In this document: positions 8,548-19,432 of the stretch, piece after piece | Position numbering within the stretch: position 1 is the stretch's first letter | Layout: every line of letters begins with the position of its first letter | Source: Bdellovibrionales bacterium | GTDB lineage: Bacteria; Bdellovibrionota; Bdellovibrionia; Bdellovibrionales; UBA1609 | Direction: 5' to 3' | Assembly (NCBI GenBank): GCA_041690295.1 | Contig: JAWLHR010000004.1 | Coordinates: forward strand, 114,031-178,030 | DNA length: 64,000 bases | The notes under the pieces: model-generated | Databases searched by the model: none | Told to the model about the DNA's origin: nothing | Seen by the model: only the letters and a program-made list of their open reading frames with translations | Position numbers and translations under genes: made by a program

Positions 8548-11283
8548 TTAGGCCTTTAAAGCCTTTTCTATAATCGCTGTTTGTTCTTTCAGATGAATAT
8601 GCGGGGAACCCACGGCCGGACTGGCGCGCTCATCGCGGCCCACATATTCGACGGTGAGTTTCTTGCGGCCCAACTCTTTCAATAACTCGGTGATTTTGGG
8701 TGCGATGTACGAATACGCTCCCATGTTCTTGGGTTCTTCTTGCACCCAGAGCAGGCGGGAAAGTTTCGGCAAACCGTTGAGCAAAGGAGTGAGTTGCACC
8801 CTCGGGAACGGATAAAGCTGTTCGACCCGTACGATCGCGGTGGTCGGTGTTTTAAACTTCTTCTCCCGCGCTTCATCCAGGTCGTAATAGATTTTGCCCG
8901 AGCAGAGAATCAGCGTTTCCACGTTTTTCGGATCCGGCATCTGCGGATCGGCGATGCACTCCAGAAATTGACCTTCGGTAAAATCTTTCCACGGCGAGAT
9001 CACTTTTGGATGGCGCAGGAGCGACTTGGGCGACATCACCACGAGCGGTTTACGGAAATCCCTTTTCACCTGACGGCGAAGGGCGTGAAAGAGGTTGGCC
9101 GGGGTGGTGAAGTTACAAACCTGCATATTGCCTTGAGCGCAAAGTTGCAAGAAACGCTCAAGGCGGGCACTCGAGTGCTCGGGACCTTGCCCTTCGTAAC
9201 CATGGGGGAGTAACAGCGTTAACCCGGATCCTCGCATCCATTTTTCTTCGCTCGAACTGAGGAACTGGTCGATGATGATTTGCGCGCCGTTGGCGAAATC
9301 GCCGAACTGCGCTTCCCAGATCGTCAGATACGTCGGATCCGAACAGGAATTGCCGTATTCAAATCCGAGGACCGCCATTTCCGAAAGTGGTGAGTTGTAA
9401 ATGCAGAACTCACCCTTATCCGGATTGAGCGTCGCCAGCGGGCAATATTCCTCATTGGTTTTGATATCAAAGTAGACGGCCTGGCGGTGAGTGAACGTGC
9501 CCCGTTTGGAGTCTTGTCCCGAAACCCGCACCGGAGTTCCTTCGAGGCACAAGGATCCATAGGCCAGAAGCTCACCCATGGCCCAATCCAAGTTCCCGTT
9601 TTCCACCATCTGTTTTCGCGCCTGAATGAGCCGACTTAATTTCGGATGCAAATTGAAGCCTTGCGGCTCTTCGGTGAGAACGTCGGCGGCCTTTCGCACA
9701 ATGGACTCCGCCGCCCGCGTGTCCACCGGGTGATCGAAATCCTCAAGCCGCCCGCGCCGCAAACCACTCCATTGGGCGCCGAACGCATTCGGTTTTATGA
9801 CCGGCGGATTCTTGCGCACATGATCCAGGATTTTTTGTAAATGGTCGATGCGTTCTTTGTAAAAGCGCTCGCCTTCTTCTTTGCTGATGAGATTTTCCTG
9901 ACTGAGCTGATCAAGGTACTTGTTCATCAACGTGGGGTGTTTGCGAATCACTTCGTACATCAGCGGTTGGGTGAAGGCGGGTTCGTCGCCTTCGTTGTGA
10001 CCGAATCGCCGGTAACACACCAGATTGATCACCACATCTTCGCCGAATTCCTGGCGGAAGCGGATGGCGATATCCATGGCCCGCACACAGGCCTCGGGAT
10101 CATCGCCGTTCACCAGCAGGATGGGGGCGTTGATGGCTTTCGCCGCATCCGCCGCGTAGCGCACGCTTCGCGCATCTTTGGGATCGGTGGTGAAACCCAC
10201 TTGGTTATCAATCACCACATGAACGGTGCCGCCCACGGTGTATCCTTGAAGCCGCGACATCTGAAGCGTTTCATAAACCACGCCCTGACCCACGAAGGCG
10301 GCGTCACCATGTAACAACACCGGAACCACTTTCTTGCGCTCGTTCGAATCCAAACGCCGGCGTTGGCGCGCGCGGGCCATGCCCATGACCACCGGATCCA
10401 CCACCTCAAGGTGGGAAGGGTTGAACGCCAGCGAAATGTGACATGGGCCGTGTGGCGTTTGTTTATCCGTGGAGTAGCCCAGGTGGTACTTCACGTCGCC
10501 GTCGTAATCGAAGCTGTCAAAGGCGGTTCCGTCGAACTCGGAAAAAATCACCTCAACGGCTTTGTCCATGAAGTTGGCCAACACGTTAATCCGTCCGCGA
10601 TGGGCCATGCCGATGACGATTTCTTCGACGCCCAGTTCGGTCCCGCGCTGAACACAGCGCTCGAGCATGGGGATCATGGCGTCGGCGCCTTCGATCGAAA
10701 ATCGTTTCGTGCCGACGTAACGGGTGTGAATGAATTTTTCCAGGGACTCAGTGCGGGCTAACTGTTGAAAAATGGCCCGTCGTTCATCGGGATTTAATTT
10801 AAATTCCCCGCGTTCCATTTCGGCCCGGAACCAATCGCGGACTTCTTGCCGGCACTCCGCCACTTGCACGGTGGGTGTGCGGCAGTAGGCCGACTCGAGA
10901 AAAGTGATGATCTGGCGCAAGCTGGCGGTGCCCAATCCCAACAAGTTCCCGACGGCGAAGGGCTGATCCAAATCCTGTTCGGATAATCCAAATCTCGCCA
11001 GCTCGAAGGACTCGGTTTCAGGTTTGGTCAAACCCAGAGGGTCCAGGTCCGCTTTCAAATGTCCGTAGTCGCGGTAATGTTCAATGAGGTTATAGGCCGC
11101 GAGCTCTTTTTCGGAAAAGCCGGCGGCGCCCACTGAAGGTCCAGAGAGATTTTGCGCGAATTGCACACCTTCGAAAAACAATCGCCACTGGGGATCCACG
11201 GACTCGGGGTTTTGTAAGAACGCCGAATATAAGTTTTCGATGAACTCAAGGTTGGAATGATTGATCGAGGAAAGGGGCTCCAA
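8548..11283 (-). CDS. sucA: 2-oxoglutarate dehydrogenase E1
   Basis: [50 protein letters not shown]. Confidence 0.97.
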   Translation of the reverse strand: MEPLSSINHSNLEFIENLYSAFLQNPESVDPQWRLFFEGVQFAQNLSGPSVGAAGFSEKELAAYNLIEHYRDYGHLKADLDPLGLTKPETESFELARFGLSEQDLDQPFAVGNLLGLGTASLRQIITFLESAYCRTPTVQVAECRQEVRDWFRAEMERGEFKLNPDERRAIFQQLARTESLEKFIHTRYVGTKRFSIEGADAMIPMLERCVQRGTELGVEEIVIGMAHRGRINVLANFMDKAVEVIFSEFDGTAFDSFDYDGDVKYHLGYSTDKQTPHGPCHISLAFNPSHLEVVDPVVMGMARARQRRRLDSNERKKVVPVLLHGDAAFVGQGVVYETLQMSRLQGYTVGGTVHVVIDNQVGFTTDPKDARSVRYAADAAKAINAPILLVNGDDPEACVRAMDIAIRFRQEFGEDVVINLVCYRRFGHNEGDEPAFTQPLMYEVIRKHPTLMNKYLDQLSQENLISKEEGERFYKERIDHLQKILDHVRKNPPVIKPNAFGAQWSGLRRGRLEDFDHPVDTRAAESIVRKAADVLTEEPQGFNLHPKLSRLIQARKQMVENGNLDWAMGELLAYGSLCLEGTPVRVSGQDSKRGTFTHRQAVYFDIKTNEEYCPLATLNPDKGEFCIYNSPLSEMAVLGFEYGNSCSDPTYLTIWEAQFGDFANGAQIIIDQFLSSSEEKWMRGSGLTLLLPHGYEGQGPEHSSARLERFLQLCAQGNMQVCNFTTPANLFHALRRQVKRDFRKPLVVMSPKSLLRHPKVISPWKDFTEGQFLECIADPQMPDPKNVETLILCSGKIYYDLDEAREKKFKTPTTAIVRVEQLYPFPRVQLTPLLNGLPKLSRLLWVQEEPKNMGAYSYIAPKITELLKELGRKKLTVEYVGRDERASPAVGSPHIHLKEQTAIIEKALKA

Positions 11284-11442
11284 TTTAATGTCTCCTAAGT
11301 GACTAGTTTATAACAAAGAGGTGGGGGTACTGCACCTTCCCCAGACTTATAAATGCGATGCATAAATTGCCCGAATAAGACAAGAGTCGATGTGCTTCAA
11401 TGCGGAAAATTCTATACTGATTGGGAAACGGCGAGGTGATGA

Positions 11443-14253
11443 GTGGCCAAGTGGATAATGGTTTTCGCCATTTCGATCCTGATCGCGATCGTGGGCGCAT
11501 TCTTTTTGGTCAACAGTGGAATTTTGCAGGCCCGGCTTCAGCAAGAACTCCAGACTCGCTGCCAATGTCAGGCGAAGCTGGGGCCCGTCCGCATTCCTTT
11601 TCAATGGCCATTGAGTGTCCGCGTGGGGCCGACCACGATCACCCGTGGTCCGATCAGCGCCGAGGCGCAGTGGCTGCACGTCGTGATCGCCAGTTTCACC
11701 GCGCCTTATGATATCCGAGTTCAACTCGTAAAACCTAAAGTAACGGTTCAACTGGAAGTCACCAAAATGAGTGAGGAGTCCGGGGGCGCGGCTCCATCGG
11801 CGGGTGCGCCATCCACGCGCTTTGTGCCGCCGCCACTGCGGCTTCGGGTGAAGATTTTGGACGGCGAGTTCAAGGCCAATGACATTTCGGTTCAAAAGCT
11901 GAATCTTGAATTCGCGCAGAAACTGCTCATGCGTTCGTCAGCCGAACTTCTGGTTTCGGCGCGGGTGCGGACCCCGTGGGTGCCCGGTGACTGGCCGGTC
12001 ACCATTGATGGCAACGGACTCACGTTCGGCGAAGAGGTCATCAAAGCCACCTCGATCAAGGCCTGGGTCGCCGATCTGCATGCGAATATTCAAGGGACGA
12101 GTTTGTTGGCCGAGGGACGGCACCGCTGGTTGGCCGAAATTCAAGTTCCTGATTTAAGTAAATTGCCCAAGCCGCCTTTTGAAATTCCCGCCAGCGACTG
12201 GCGCGGGGCCTTGCATGTGCAAGCCGAACTCATCAAGCCTGATGCCGCCACCGGATGGCAGGCGAATGGGCGGATCAATGCTTCGAACGTCAGCGCCAAC
12301 GTCAACTACCGTCAGGAAAAGACCTCGGTGATAGGGCCGGTGGCGGTTCAATTGCAAAGTCAGTTCAATTACACCGACAAAGGGATCGCCGTGCCCAAAG
12401 TCACCGGCGTGGTGGATTTAACTCAAGCACAGGTGGAGTCGGCCGGTGTTTTAACCAAGCCGGCGCATGTGCCGCTGCGCTTTGAAGTGGCCGCCGAAGG
12501 GCCGGGTGAAACTCTGACTCTAAAAAAATTCGATGCGCATTTTTGGCAGTTACACGCCAACGCCACGGGGCAACTCAATTTGAAAGCCCCTTACAGCGCG
12601 AACATCAGTTTCAATCTTCCGCTGACCGCTTTGAATGGATTGGAAACTTTGATCGTTCCGTTAAAAAGTTCACCGGTGAAAGGTCAATTGGCGGCGCAAG
12701 CCGACTATGCCGGTCCGCTCACGGATCCGATGGCGGCGAAAATCAACCTGCGAAGTCTCCAGCTTAATAAGTTTTCCGCGGATGTGGCTTATGAGGTGCA
12801 GGATTCCATGCGTTTGCGCGGTCCCGTTTCAGTGAATGTGGACGCCGCGGGCGAACTCGACGCCGGCAAACCCAAATCCTTTCGCGCTTCGGGTCAGGCT
12901 GAGTTGAGCGGACTCTCGCTCGTGGCGGGTCCCTTTCGCAAGGAAGCCCGTCAGAAACTGGCCGCGGATTTCAAGTTGTCAACGCTCGGAGAATCTTTGC
13001 GCATTGATCATTTGAATGTGGCGGGCTTTCCGGGCGATGTGCGTCTTTGGGGTAAAATCGAACAGCCCACCAATCCCAAAGTGGATGTGGTCATTGTCGC
13101 CCGCGCGCTCAATCTCTCGGCTCTGCGCAAGGCGCTTGAAGAGTACAATGAACTTATCCCCAACGGAAACATCACGGGCCGTCTCGCGGTCGCCGGTTCG
13201 ATGAAGCAGGGAAGTCCCTGGGCCGAATGGCCATTGAACGTCAGTGGCCAAATCAAGGCGGATCTGCCCGAGTATCATTTCGCGGCCGCTGCGCCCGCGG
13301 ACAAGGCGGCGCCGGCTGAACCCGCCCCGCCGCAACCATTGGCCCAGGCTGGATTTTTACCCAAAGGGCCACTCACGGAAAAATTGAATCTCGCTTTTGA
13401 AGCCACCATCGGTCTTGTTCAAAAGGATAACCTCACAGCCAAAGGCGCGAGCTTGAAGGGACGGGTGGCGCAAGGGCGCTTCAACGGTGAGGCGCAGGTG
13501 AAAGAAATCTTCGGCGGCCAATTCCGGGTGCAAAGCCTGCAGGTGCCGCTGCTCGAACCCAATGCATTAATCAAAGGGCAAGTGGGTTTTTCGCAAATCG
13601 TGATTCAAGATTTTCTTGATTTCGTTAAGCCCGAGTTGAAATCGATGGCCACGGGTCGAAGTGCCGGAACCATCAGTTTCTCCACCCGGCTTCCCAGCGC
13701 GCCCACGTTCATGGACGAACTCGAAGCGAACGGGAAATTGAACCTGAATCCCGTGACCTTCAATACGGTGAAAATCGGCGATCTGATCAATGAACTGATC
13801 GCCAAAATTCCCGGCGTGGATTTGCCGAAGGCCAAAGTGGAACCGTTAAAGGGCAAGGCCGCGGCGGGTTTCAGTTTATCCAAACAAGTGATCACGCTTT
13901 CGTCATTGAGCGCGCAGGATGAAGGCAACAGTGAATTGGATGTGAAAGGCACGATTTCTTTGGCCACGATGGAGAGTGATTTAAAGGGCAATTTTCATTG
14001 GGCGAACTCGCCGGTGAAGGGATGTTTGGCGGAAGGGAATGCGGATGCCAAAGGTCGGTTTGTGGTGCCTTTGGCGCTCCGCGGTTCCATGCATCAGCCC
14101 AAGCTGTCATTGGTGTCGGATTTGGCGGGCAAACTCGCGGCGCGCGCCTTGGAATGCGAGAAAAACAAGCTGATCGAGAAAGCGAAGAAGGAAGGCGTTA
14201 AGAGCCTGCAGAAAGAAGCGGTAAAAGCGCTCAAAGGGATATTCGGTCAATGA
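11443..14253 (+). CDS. AsmA-like family protein
   Basis: N-terminal TM anchor, long beta-rich repeats, C-terminal VPLALRGSMHQPK plus helix typical of AsmA-like proteins. Confidence 0.7.
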   Translation: MAKWIMVFAISILIAIVGAFFLVNSGILQARLQQELQTRCQCQAKLGPVRIPFQWPLSVRVGPTTITRGPISAEAQWLHVVIASFTAPYDIRVQLVKPKVTVQLEVTKMSEESGGAAPSAGAPSTRFVPPPLRLRVKILDGEFKANDISVQKLNLEFAQKLLMRSSAELLVSARVRTPWVPGDWPVTIDGNGLTFGEEVIKATSIKAWVADLHANIQGTSLLAEGRHRWLAEIQVPDLSKLPKPPFEIPASDWRGALHVQAELIKPDAATGWQANGRINASNVSANVNYRQEKTSVIGPVAVQLQSQFNYTDKGIAVPKVTGVVDLTQAQVESAGVLTKPAHVPLRFEVAAEGPGETLTLKKFDAHFWQLHANATGQLNLKAPYSANISFNLPLTALNGLETLIVPLKSSPVKGQLAAQADYAGPLTDPMAAKINLRSLQLNKFSADVAYEVQDSMRLRGPVSVNVDAAGELDAGKPKSFRASGQAELSGLSLVAGPFRKEARQKLAADFKLSTLGESLRIDHLNVAGFPGDVRLWGKIEQPTNPKVDVVIVARALNLSALRKALEEYNELIPNGNITGRLAVAGSMKQGSPWAEWPLNVSGQIKADLPEYHFAAAAPADKAAPAEPAPPQPLAQAGFLPKGPLTEKLNLAFEATIGLVQKDNLTAKGASLKGRVAQGRFNGEAQVKEIFGGQFRVQSLQVPLLEPNALIKGQVGFSQIVIQDFLDFVKPELKSMATGRSAGTISFSTRLPSAPTFMDELEANGKLNLNPVTFNTVKIGDLINELIAKIPGVDLPKAKVEPLKGKAAAGFSLSKQVITLSSLSAQDEGNSELDVKGTISLATMESDLKGNFHWANSPVKGCLAEGNADAKGRFVVPLALRGSMHQPKLSLVSDLAGKLAARALECEKNKLIEKAKKEGVKSLQKEAVKALKGIFGQ

Positions 14254-14301
14254 AAACCGGTTCTGGTTGACCGATCTCCACCCGTGTTTCAAAGTCGAAC
14301 T

Positions 14302-15330
14302 ATGTCAGAGGCCGCGGATTTTTATCAAGACCATTTGGACCGGGTGAGCCGGAGCTTCGCGTTTTGCATTCGCCAGCTGCCGTCGCCGCTCAGGGAGTGG
14401 GTGGCTCTGAGTTATCTTCTTTGCCGGGTCTTGGACACGATTGAAGATGCCCCTTGGCCGGATCAGAAATCGCAGATGGAGGCGTTCGATCAGTTTGATC
14501 GGGCGCTCAATGAACCGGGGTCGGATGTGCGATTTCAGCATTTGCTTCCCGATCAAATCACCGAAGGCGAAAAGAAATTGCTGGCCGATAGCCCGCGACT
14601 GATCGGCGACTTGCACGATCTCGACCCCAAGGTACGAGGTGTGATTCGCCAATCCGTCTTGGTGATGTCGGCGGGAATGCAGTACTTCGCCGGTCAGCGG
14701 CGCAGCGGATCTTTGCACTTAAGGACACTATCCGAAGTCAATCAGTATTGTTTTTTCGTGGCGGGCATCGTGGGAGAACTATTGGCCAAACTCGTGGCGT
14801 TGGTGGAACCGCGATTCAAACTCTCCACGGGAGAGCTGGTTCGGGCCCACCACTTCGGTTTGTTTCTGCAAAAAGTGAATCTTCTTAAAGACCAAGTCGG
14901 CGATGAGCAAATGGGGCGCCATTTGATTCCTTCGCGGGTGGAAGTTGAAAACAGCGCGGAAGCGAACGCGCGATCGGCGTTGGATTTTTTGTTGGCCGTG
15001 CCATTGGATCAAATGGAGTTTCGGCGTTTTTGTGCGTGGTCACTTTACCTGGGGCTTGAGGCACTCTATGCGGCCCGCCGATCCACCGTTGAAAATCGAA
15101 TTGTGAAGGTGGCGCGCGAGAGAATGAATGAGATTCTGTCCACCGTGGAGTCCTGCTTAAGTGATGATCAAAAATTGAAGTCGCTCTTTATGGCCGCCTG
15201 CGAGAAGCTGGGCTGGGCCGGTCAAACGGCACCGGCTCGGAGTCATGGAACCGTGCCGGAATGGCTTTTAAGCCGTTACCACGGACCCCTTGACGGAATG
15301 CACCTTGGCCAACTTGGAATAGCACATTGA
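14302..15330 (+). CDS. Squalene/phytoene synthase family protein
   Basis: VSRSFA, YLLCRVLDTIED, YCFFVAGIVG, GLFLQKVNLLKD. Confidence 0.85.
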   Translation: MSEAADFYQDHLDRVSRSFAFCIRQLPSPLREWVALSYLLCRVLDTIEDAPWPDQKSQMEAFDQFDRALNEPGSDVRFQHLLPDQITEGEKKLLADSPRLIGDLHDLDPKVRGVIRQSVLVMSAGMQYFAGQRRSGSLHLRTLSEVNQYCFFVAGIVGELLAKLVALVEPRFKLSTGELVRAHHFGLFLQKVNLLKDQVGDEQMGRHLIPSRVEVENSAEANARSALDFLLAVPLDQMEFRRFCAWSLYLGLEALYAARRSTVENRIVKVARERMNEILSTVESCLSDDQKLKSLFMAACEKLGWAGQTAPARSHGTVPEWLLSRYHGPLDGMHLGQLGIAH

Positions 15331-15342
15331 CAATCATTTTCA
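15328..15342. promoter_or_regulatory. Fur box upstream of fur
   Basis: TGACAAT-C-ATTTTCA versus the 7-1-7 consensus TGATAAT-N-ATTATCA (2 mismatches); overlaps a TTGACA hexamer. Confidence 0.6.
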
Positions 15343-15364
15343 ATTAGAATAGCCAAATATCTCT

Positions 15365-15856
15365 ATGGAAACAGCCATACCGAGCCTTGCCAAGGGTAGT
15401 GTCCCCATTGAGCCAGAGAAGTTAATTCGTCGTGATCCGGTTGATCCGGCTAAATTTAAACGAATGATCCGGCAGATGGGGCTGAAGGTGACCCAACAGC
15501 GACTGGCCATCCTTGAATCATTGAGTTCAGGCCGGGCGCATGTGACAGCGCAGGAGGTCTTTGAAACCGTGAATGCGAAACACCCGGAAATCGGATTCGC
15601 CACGGTTTATCGTTTCTTGCGGAAAATGGCGGAGGCGAAGCTCGTGACTGAGGTTCGCATGGGTGGATTACCGGCGCGGTACGAATTAACCCCGCGCCGC
15701 CACCACGATCACCTCACGTGTGTCCAATGCGGACAGATCGTGGAATTCGAATGTCCTTCCATCGAGTCCTTGCAAGAACAAGTGGCTGAGGAGCATAATT
15801 TCCGGCTGACTCATCATGTCCTCGAACTGTACGGCATTTGTCCACGCTGTCAGTAG
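15365..15856 (+). CDS. fur: Ferric uptake regulator
   Basis: [42 protein letters not shown]. Confidence 0.9.
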   Translation: METAIPSLAKGSVPIEPEKLIRRDPVDPAKFKRMIRQMGLKVTQQRLAILESLSSGRAHVTAQEVFETVNAKHPEIGFATVYRFLRKMAEAKLVTEVRMGGLPARYELTPRRHHDHLTCVQCGQIVEFECPSIESLQEQVAEEHNFRLTHHVLELYGICPRCQ

Positions 15857-15865
15857 GAGAAGAAT

Positions 15866-18463
15866 TTGTCGGCCTTACCCGAAAATGACGGCATCCTGGT
15901 CAAGGGCGCCCGCGAGCACAATTTAAAAAACATCGATGTTTTCATTCCCCGTGACAAAATTACGGTGATCACGGGTCTGAGCGGAAGCGGAAAATCATCC
16001 CTGGCCTTTGACACGATCTTCGCCGAAGGGCAAAGGCGGTTCATCGAAAGTTTGTCCACCTATGCCCGCCAGTTTCTTGAGCAAATGAAGAAACCGGAAG
16101 TGGACGCGATCGAAGGTTTGTCGCCGGCGGTGGCGATCGATCAAAAATCCATCAGTACCAACCCGCGCTCCACGGTGGGAACCGTGACCGAAGTGTACGA
16201 TTATTTGCGTTTACTTTTCGCCCGGGTCGGTACCGCTTATTGCCCCACTCACAATCTGCCGCTCGAAGGTCAATCCCCACAGGAAATCGTGGATTCCATC
16301 ATGGCGATGAAGAAGGGCACTAAGTTTCTTCTGATCGCGCCGGTGATTCGCGGAAAGAAAGGGGAATTCTCGGCGGAATTTCAAAAATGGGCGAAGAAGG
16401 GATTCACCCGCGCGCGCGTGGACGGTGAGTGGATGGAATTGGAAAACGCCACCAAGCTGGCTCGCCATAAAACCCACGACATCGATCTGCTGGTGGATCG
16501 CTTGATCGTGGAAGAACGATTCATCCCGAGGATTAAAGAAAGTTTGAATTTAAGCCTTTCGCTGGCCGGTGGCCTGGTGAAAATCGAGCCCCTGCAGAAT
16601 GGGGAACCGCAGACTTACTCCATTCATCGCAGTTGTCCCAAGTGCGGTCACACCATGCCGGATTTGGAACCCCGGCTGTTCAGTTTCAACAATCCGCGGG
16701 GCGCCTGTCCGACCTGTAGTGGCATCGGCACCTTGGATTTTGTGGAAGAGGAGCCGGAAAGTGACGAAGACGAAACGGAAGTGGATGAGTACGCTCTTAC
16801 GGTTTGTCCGGATTGTCAGGGCGCGCGATTGAATGAGAATGCCCGTAATGTTCGAATCGGCGATTACAATATCGCCCAGGTGGCGGAATTGCCGGCCACG
16901 GAGATTATCACCTGGATTGAAGGCGCGAATTTAAATCAGCGCCAAGCGCTGATCGGAGAGAAAATTCTTCGGCAAATTCTCTCGCGCGTGGAATACCTGA
17001 TCCGGGTGGGCGCGGGATACCTGAGTTTGTCGCGACCCACACGAACACTTTCCGGCGGCGAGGCCCAGCGTATTCGTCTGGCTTCGCAGGTGGGATCGGG
17101 TTTGGTCGGGGTTTTGTACGTGCTTGATGAACCCAGTATCGGTCTTCATCCTCGCGATCACAAACGCTTACTGGAAATGATCCAGGAGATTCGCGATCGG
17201 GGGAACACCGTTCTTATGGTCGAGCACGATGAAGAGACCATTCGCGTGGCGGATCACCTGATCGATATGGGACCGCGAGCCGGCCGTTTGGGCGGTGAAG
17301 TTTTGGCGGCGGGGACGCCAAAGGACATTATGCGGAATCCGGCTTCTTTGACCGGCCAGTATCTTTCCGGCCAAAAACAAATCGGCATTCCCAGTCAGCG
17401 TCGAAGCGGAAACGGGAAGTGGCTGAGACTCGAAGGTGCTTCAGGTCACAACTTGAAGAACGTGGATTTCAAAATGCCGCTGGGAACGTTGGTGTCCGTA
17501 ACCGGTGTGTCCGGTTCGGGAAAAAGCACACTGGTGATCGATACACTTTACCGGATCCTGGCTCGGGAATTTAACAAATCACCCCTTGAACCCGCGCCTT
17601 TCGCGAAAATCAGCGGTCTGGAACATATCGATAAGGTCATTGAAATCAATCAGCGGCCCATCGGTCGCACGCCGCGTTCGGTGCCCGCCACCTACGTGGG
17701 TCTTTTTCCCATGATAAGGGATCTTTTCGCGTCCTTGCCGGAATCGAAAATCCGCGGCTATCGCCCGGGACATTTCAGCTTCAATGTGAAAGGCGGCCGT
17801 TGCGAAGTTTGCCAGGGCGGCGGCCAAATCCGGGTGGAGATGCACTTTCTTTCCGATGTTTTTGTCCGCTGCGAAGCCTGTCAGGGGCAACGGTACAGCC
17901 GGGAGATTTTAAATATTCGTTATCGTGAAAAATCCATCGCGGATGTTCTGAATATGACAGTCGATGAAGCGATGGAGTTTTTCGCTCATCACCGCCACAT
18001 CCACCGCAAGCTGCAGACCCTGCACAGAGTGGGTTTGGACTACATCACGCTCGGGCAGAGTTCGACCACGCTTTCCGGTGGCGAAGCGCAAAGGGTGAAG
18101 CTTTCGCGCGAACTCTCCAAGCGCGACACGGGCCGGACCATTTACATTCTGGATGAGCCGACGACGGGGCTTCATTTCGAGGACGTGAAAAAGCTGGTTG
18201 ATCTTCTGCAGGAGTTGGTGAACCAGGGGAATACGGTTTTGGTGATCGAACACCAACTGGATGTCATTAAAGCCAGCGACTACATCATCGATCTTGGGCC
18301 CGAAGGGGGTGAGGCCGGCGGTCGCATCGTTGCCTGTGGCACGCCCGAGGAAGTGGCTCGCAACCCGCAAAGCATCACCGGTGAATTTTTGCGGCCGATG
18401 CTGAGGTCGTTCGCTCCCTCCACCGGCTCGAATTATCAACATGGCATGAAAGCCACGACCTAG
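15866..18463 (+). CDS. uvrA: Excinuclease ABC subunit A
   Basis: Two ABC ATPase modules ([24 protein letters not shown] twice) and Zn fingers. Confidence 0.96.
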   Translation: MSALPENDGILVKGAREHNLKNIDVFIPRDKITVITGLSGSGKSSLAFDTIFAEGQRRFIESLSTYARQFLEQMKKPEVDAIEGLSPAVAIDQKSISTNPRSTVGTVTEVYDYLRLLFARVGTAYCPTHNLPLEGQSPQEIVDSIMAMKKGTKFLLIAPVIRGKKGEFSAEFQKWAKKGFTRARVDGEWMELENATKLARHKTHDIDLLVDRLIVEERFIPRIKESLNLSLSLAGGLVKIEPLQNGEPQTYSIHRSCPKCGHTMPDLEPRLFSFNNPRGACPTCSGIGTLDFVEEEPESDEDETEVDEYALTVCPDCQGARLNENARNVRIGDYNIAQVAELPATEIITWIEGANLNQRQALIGEKILRQILSRVEYLIRVGAGYLSLSRPTRTLSGGEAQRIRLASQVGSGLVGVLYVLDEPSIGLHPRDHKRLLEMIQEIRDRGNTVLMVEHDEETIRVADHLIDMGPRAGRLGGEVLAAGTPKDIMRNPASLTGQYLSGQKQIGIPSQRRSGNGKWLRLEGASGHNLKNVDFKMPLGTLVSVTGVSGSGKSTLVIDTLYRILAREFNKSPLEPAPFAKISGLEHIDKVIEINQRPIGRTPRSVPATYVGLFPMIRDLFASLPESKIRGYRPGHFSFNVKGGRCEVCQGGGQIRVEMHFLSDVFVRCEACQGQRYSREILNIRYREKSIADVLNMTVDEAMEFFAHHRHIHRKLQTLHRVGLDYITLGQSSTTLSGGEAQRVKLSRELSKRDTGRTIYILDEPTTGLHFEDVKKLVDLLQELVNQGNTVLVIEHQLDVIKASDYIIDLGPEGGEAGGRIVACGTPEEVARNPQSITGEFLRPMLRSFAPSTGSNYQHGMKATT

Positions 18464-19432
18464 AGAACTGCCCCACTAGCCTGCAGAAAATCCTGGCGAG
18501 AATTTTGCCTTAAACCACAGGGCATGCGACCAAGCTGCCCCTATTGCCATTCATCCTCAGAGATGTCCGATCACCGGATGCGTATTCAAAAAGCCGGATT
18601 CTTCCGCCGAATCTCCGATGGAAAAAGAGTGCGAAGATTTTATTGTGTAAGCTGCAGTAGATACTTTTCTTATGCCACCTTTCACCCCTGCTTTAGGCAA
18701 AAAAAGCGTCACCTCAATCATCGTATCAACAAACTATTAGCTTCAAGCGTATCTCAGCGCCGAATCGCAAAATTACTCCATATCTCCCGAACCACAGTTG
18801 AACGAAAGTTTCTTTTTCTGGGCCAAAAAGCAGTCCATGAACTTGAACATCAAAACAATTCCAGTCCCCTGGCCACTGTTGTTGAATTTGATGAACTTGA
18901 AACCTTCGAGCACACAAAGTGTAAACCGCTTTCCGTTCCACTAGCCGTTGAATCAAAAACCAGAAGAATTTTAGCCTTCCAAGTGGCCCAGATGCCTGCC
19001 AAAGGAAAGCTCGCCCGCATTTCTCGAAAGAAATATGGCCCAAGACCAGACTTCAGGCCGAAAGCATTGAGTGAACTTTGTGAGAGTTTAAAGCCACTCA
19101 CCACACCTGATGTGCAATTCAAATCCGATCAAAATCCAATGTATCCGGAAATTCTAAGGCGTCACTTTCCTTTAAATTCGCATGAGCGCTTTAAAGGGCA
19201 AAGGGGTTCGATTGTCGGACAGGGGGAGTTAAAGAAGATCCGTTTTGATCCACTTTTTAGTTTGAATCACACGTGTGCGATGCTTCGAGCCAATATCAAT
19301 AGGCTAGTGCGGAAGACTTGGTGCACAACGAAAATTCCTAATAGATTGCGTCTTCATCTCGCCATCTATGCGGTTTATCACAACAATATGATTCGAGCAG
19401 GACCATTAGCTGCAGGCTAGTGGGGCAGTTCT
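18464..19432 (+). mobile_element. IS1-like insertion sequence with perfect 23-bp terminal inverted repeats
   Basis: AGAACTGCCCCACTAGCCTGCAG (18464-18486) and its reverse complement (19410-19432) bracket a transposase ORF. Confidence 0.85.
18524..19420 (+). CDS. IS1-family-like transposase (Zn finger-HTH-catalytic domain)
   Basis: CPYC…CVSC, HTH (SQRRIAKLLHISRTTV), EFDE, KSDQNPMY, LNHTCAMLRANINRLVRK resembling InsB IERHNLNLRQHLARLGRK. Confidence 0.8.
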   Translation: MRPSCPYCHSSSEMSDHRMRIQKAGFFRRISDGKRVRRFYCVSCSRYFSYATFHPCFRQKKRHLNHRINKLLASSVSQRRIAKLLHISRTTVERKFLFLGQKAVHELEHQNNSSPLATVVEFDELETFEHTKCKPLSVPLAVESKTRRILAFQVAQMPAKGKLARISRKKYGPRPDFRPKALSELCESLKPLTTPDVQFKSDQNPMYPEILRRHFPLNSHERFKGQRGSIVGQGELKKIRFDPLFSLNHTCAMLRANINRLVRKTWCTTKIPNRLRLHLAIYAVYHNNMIRAGPLAAG

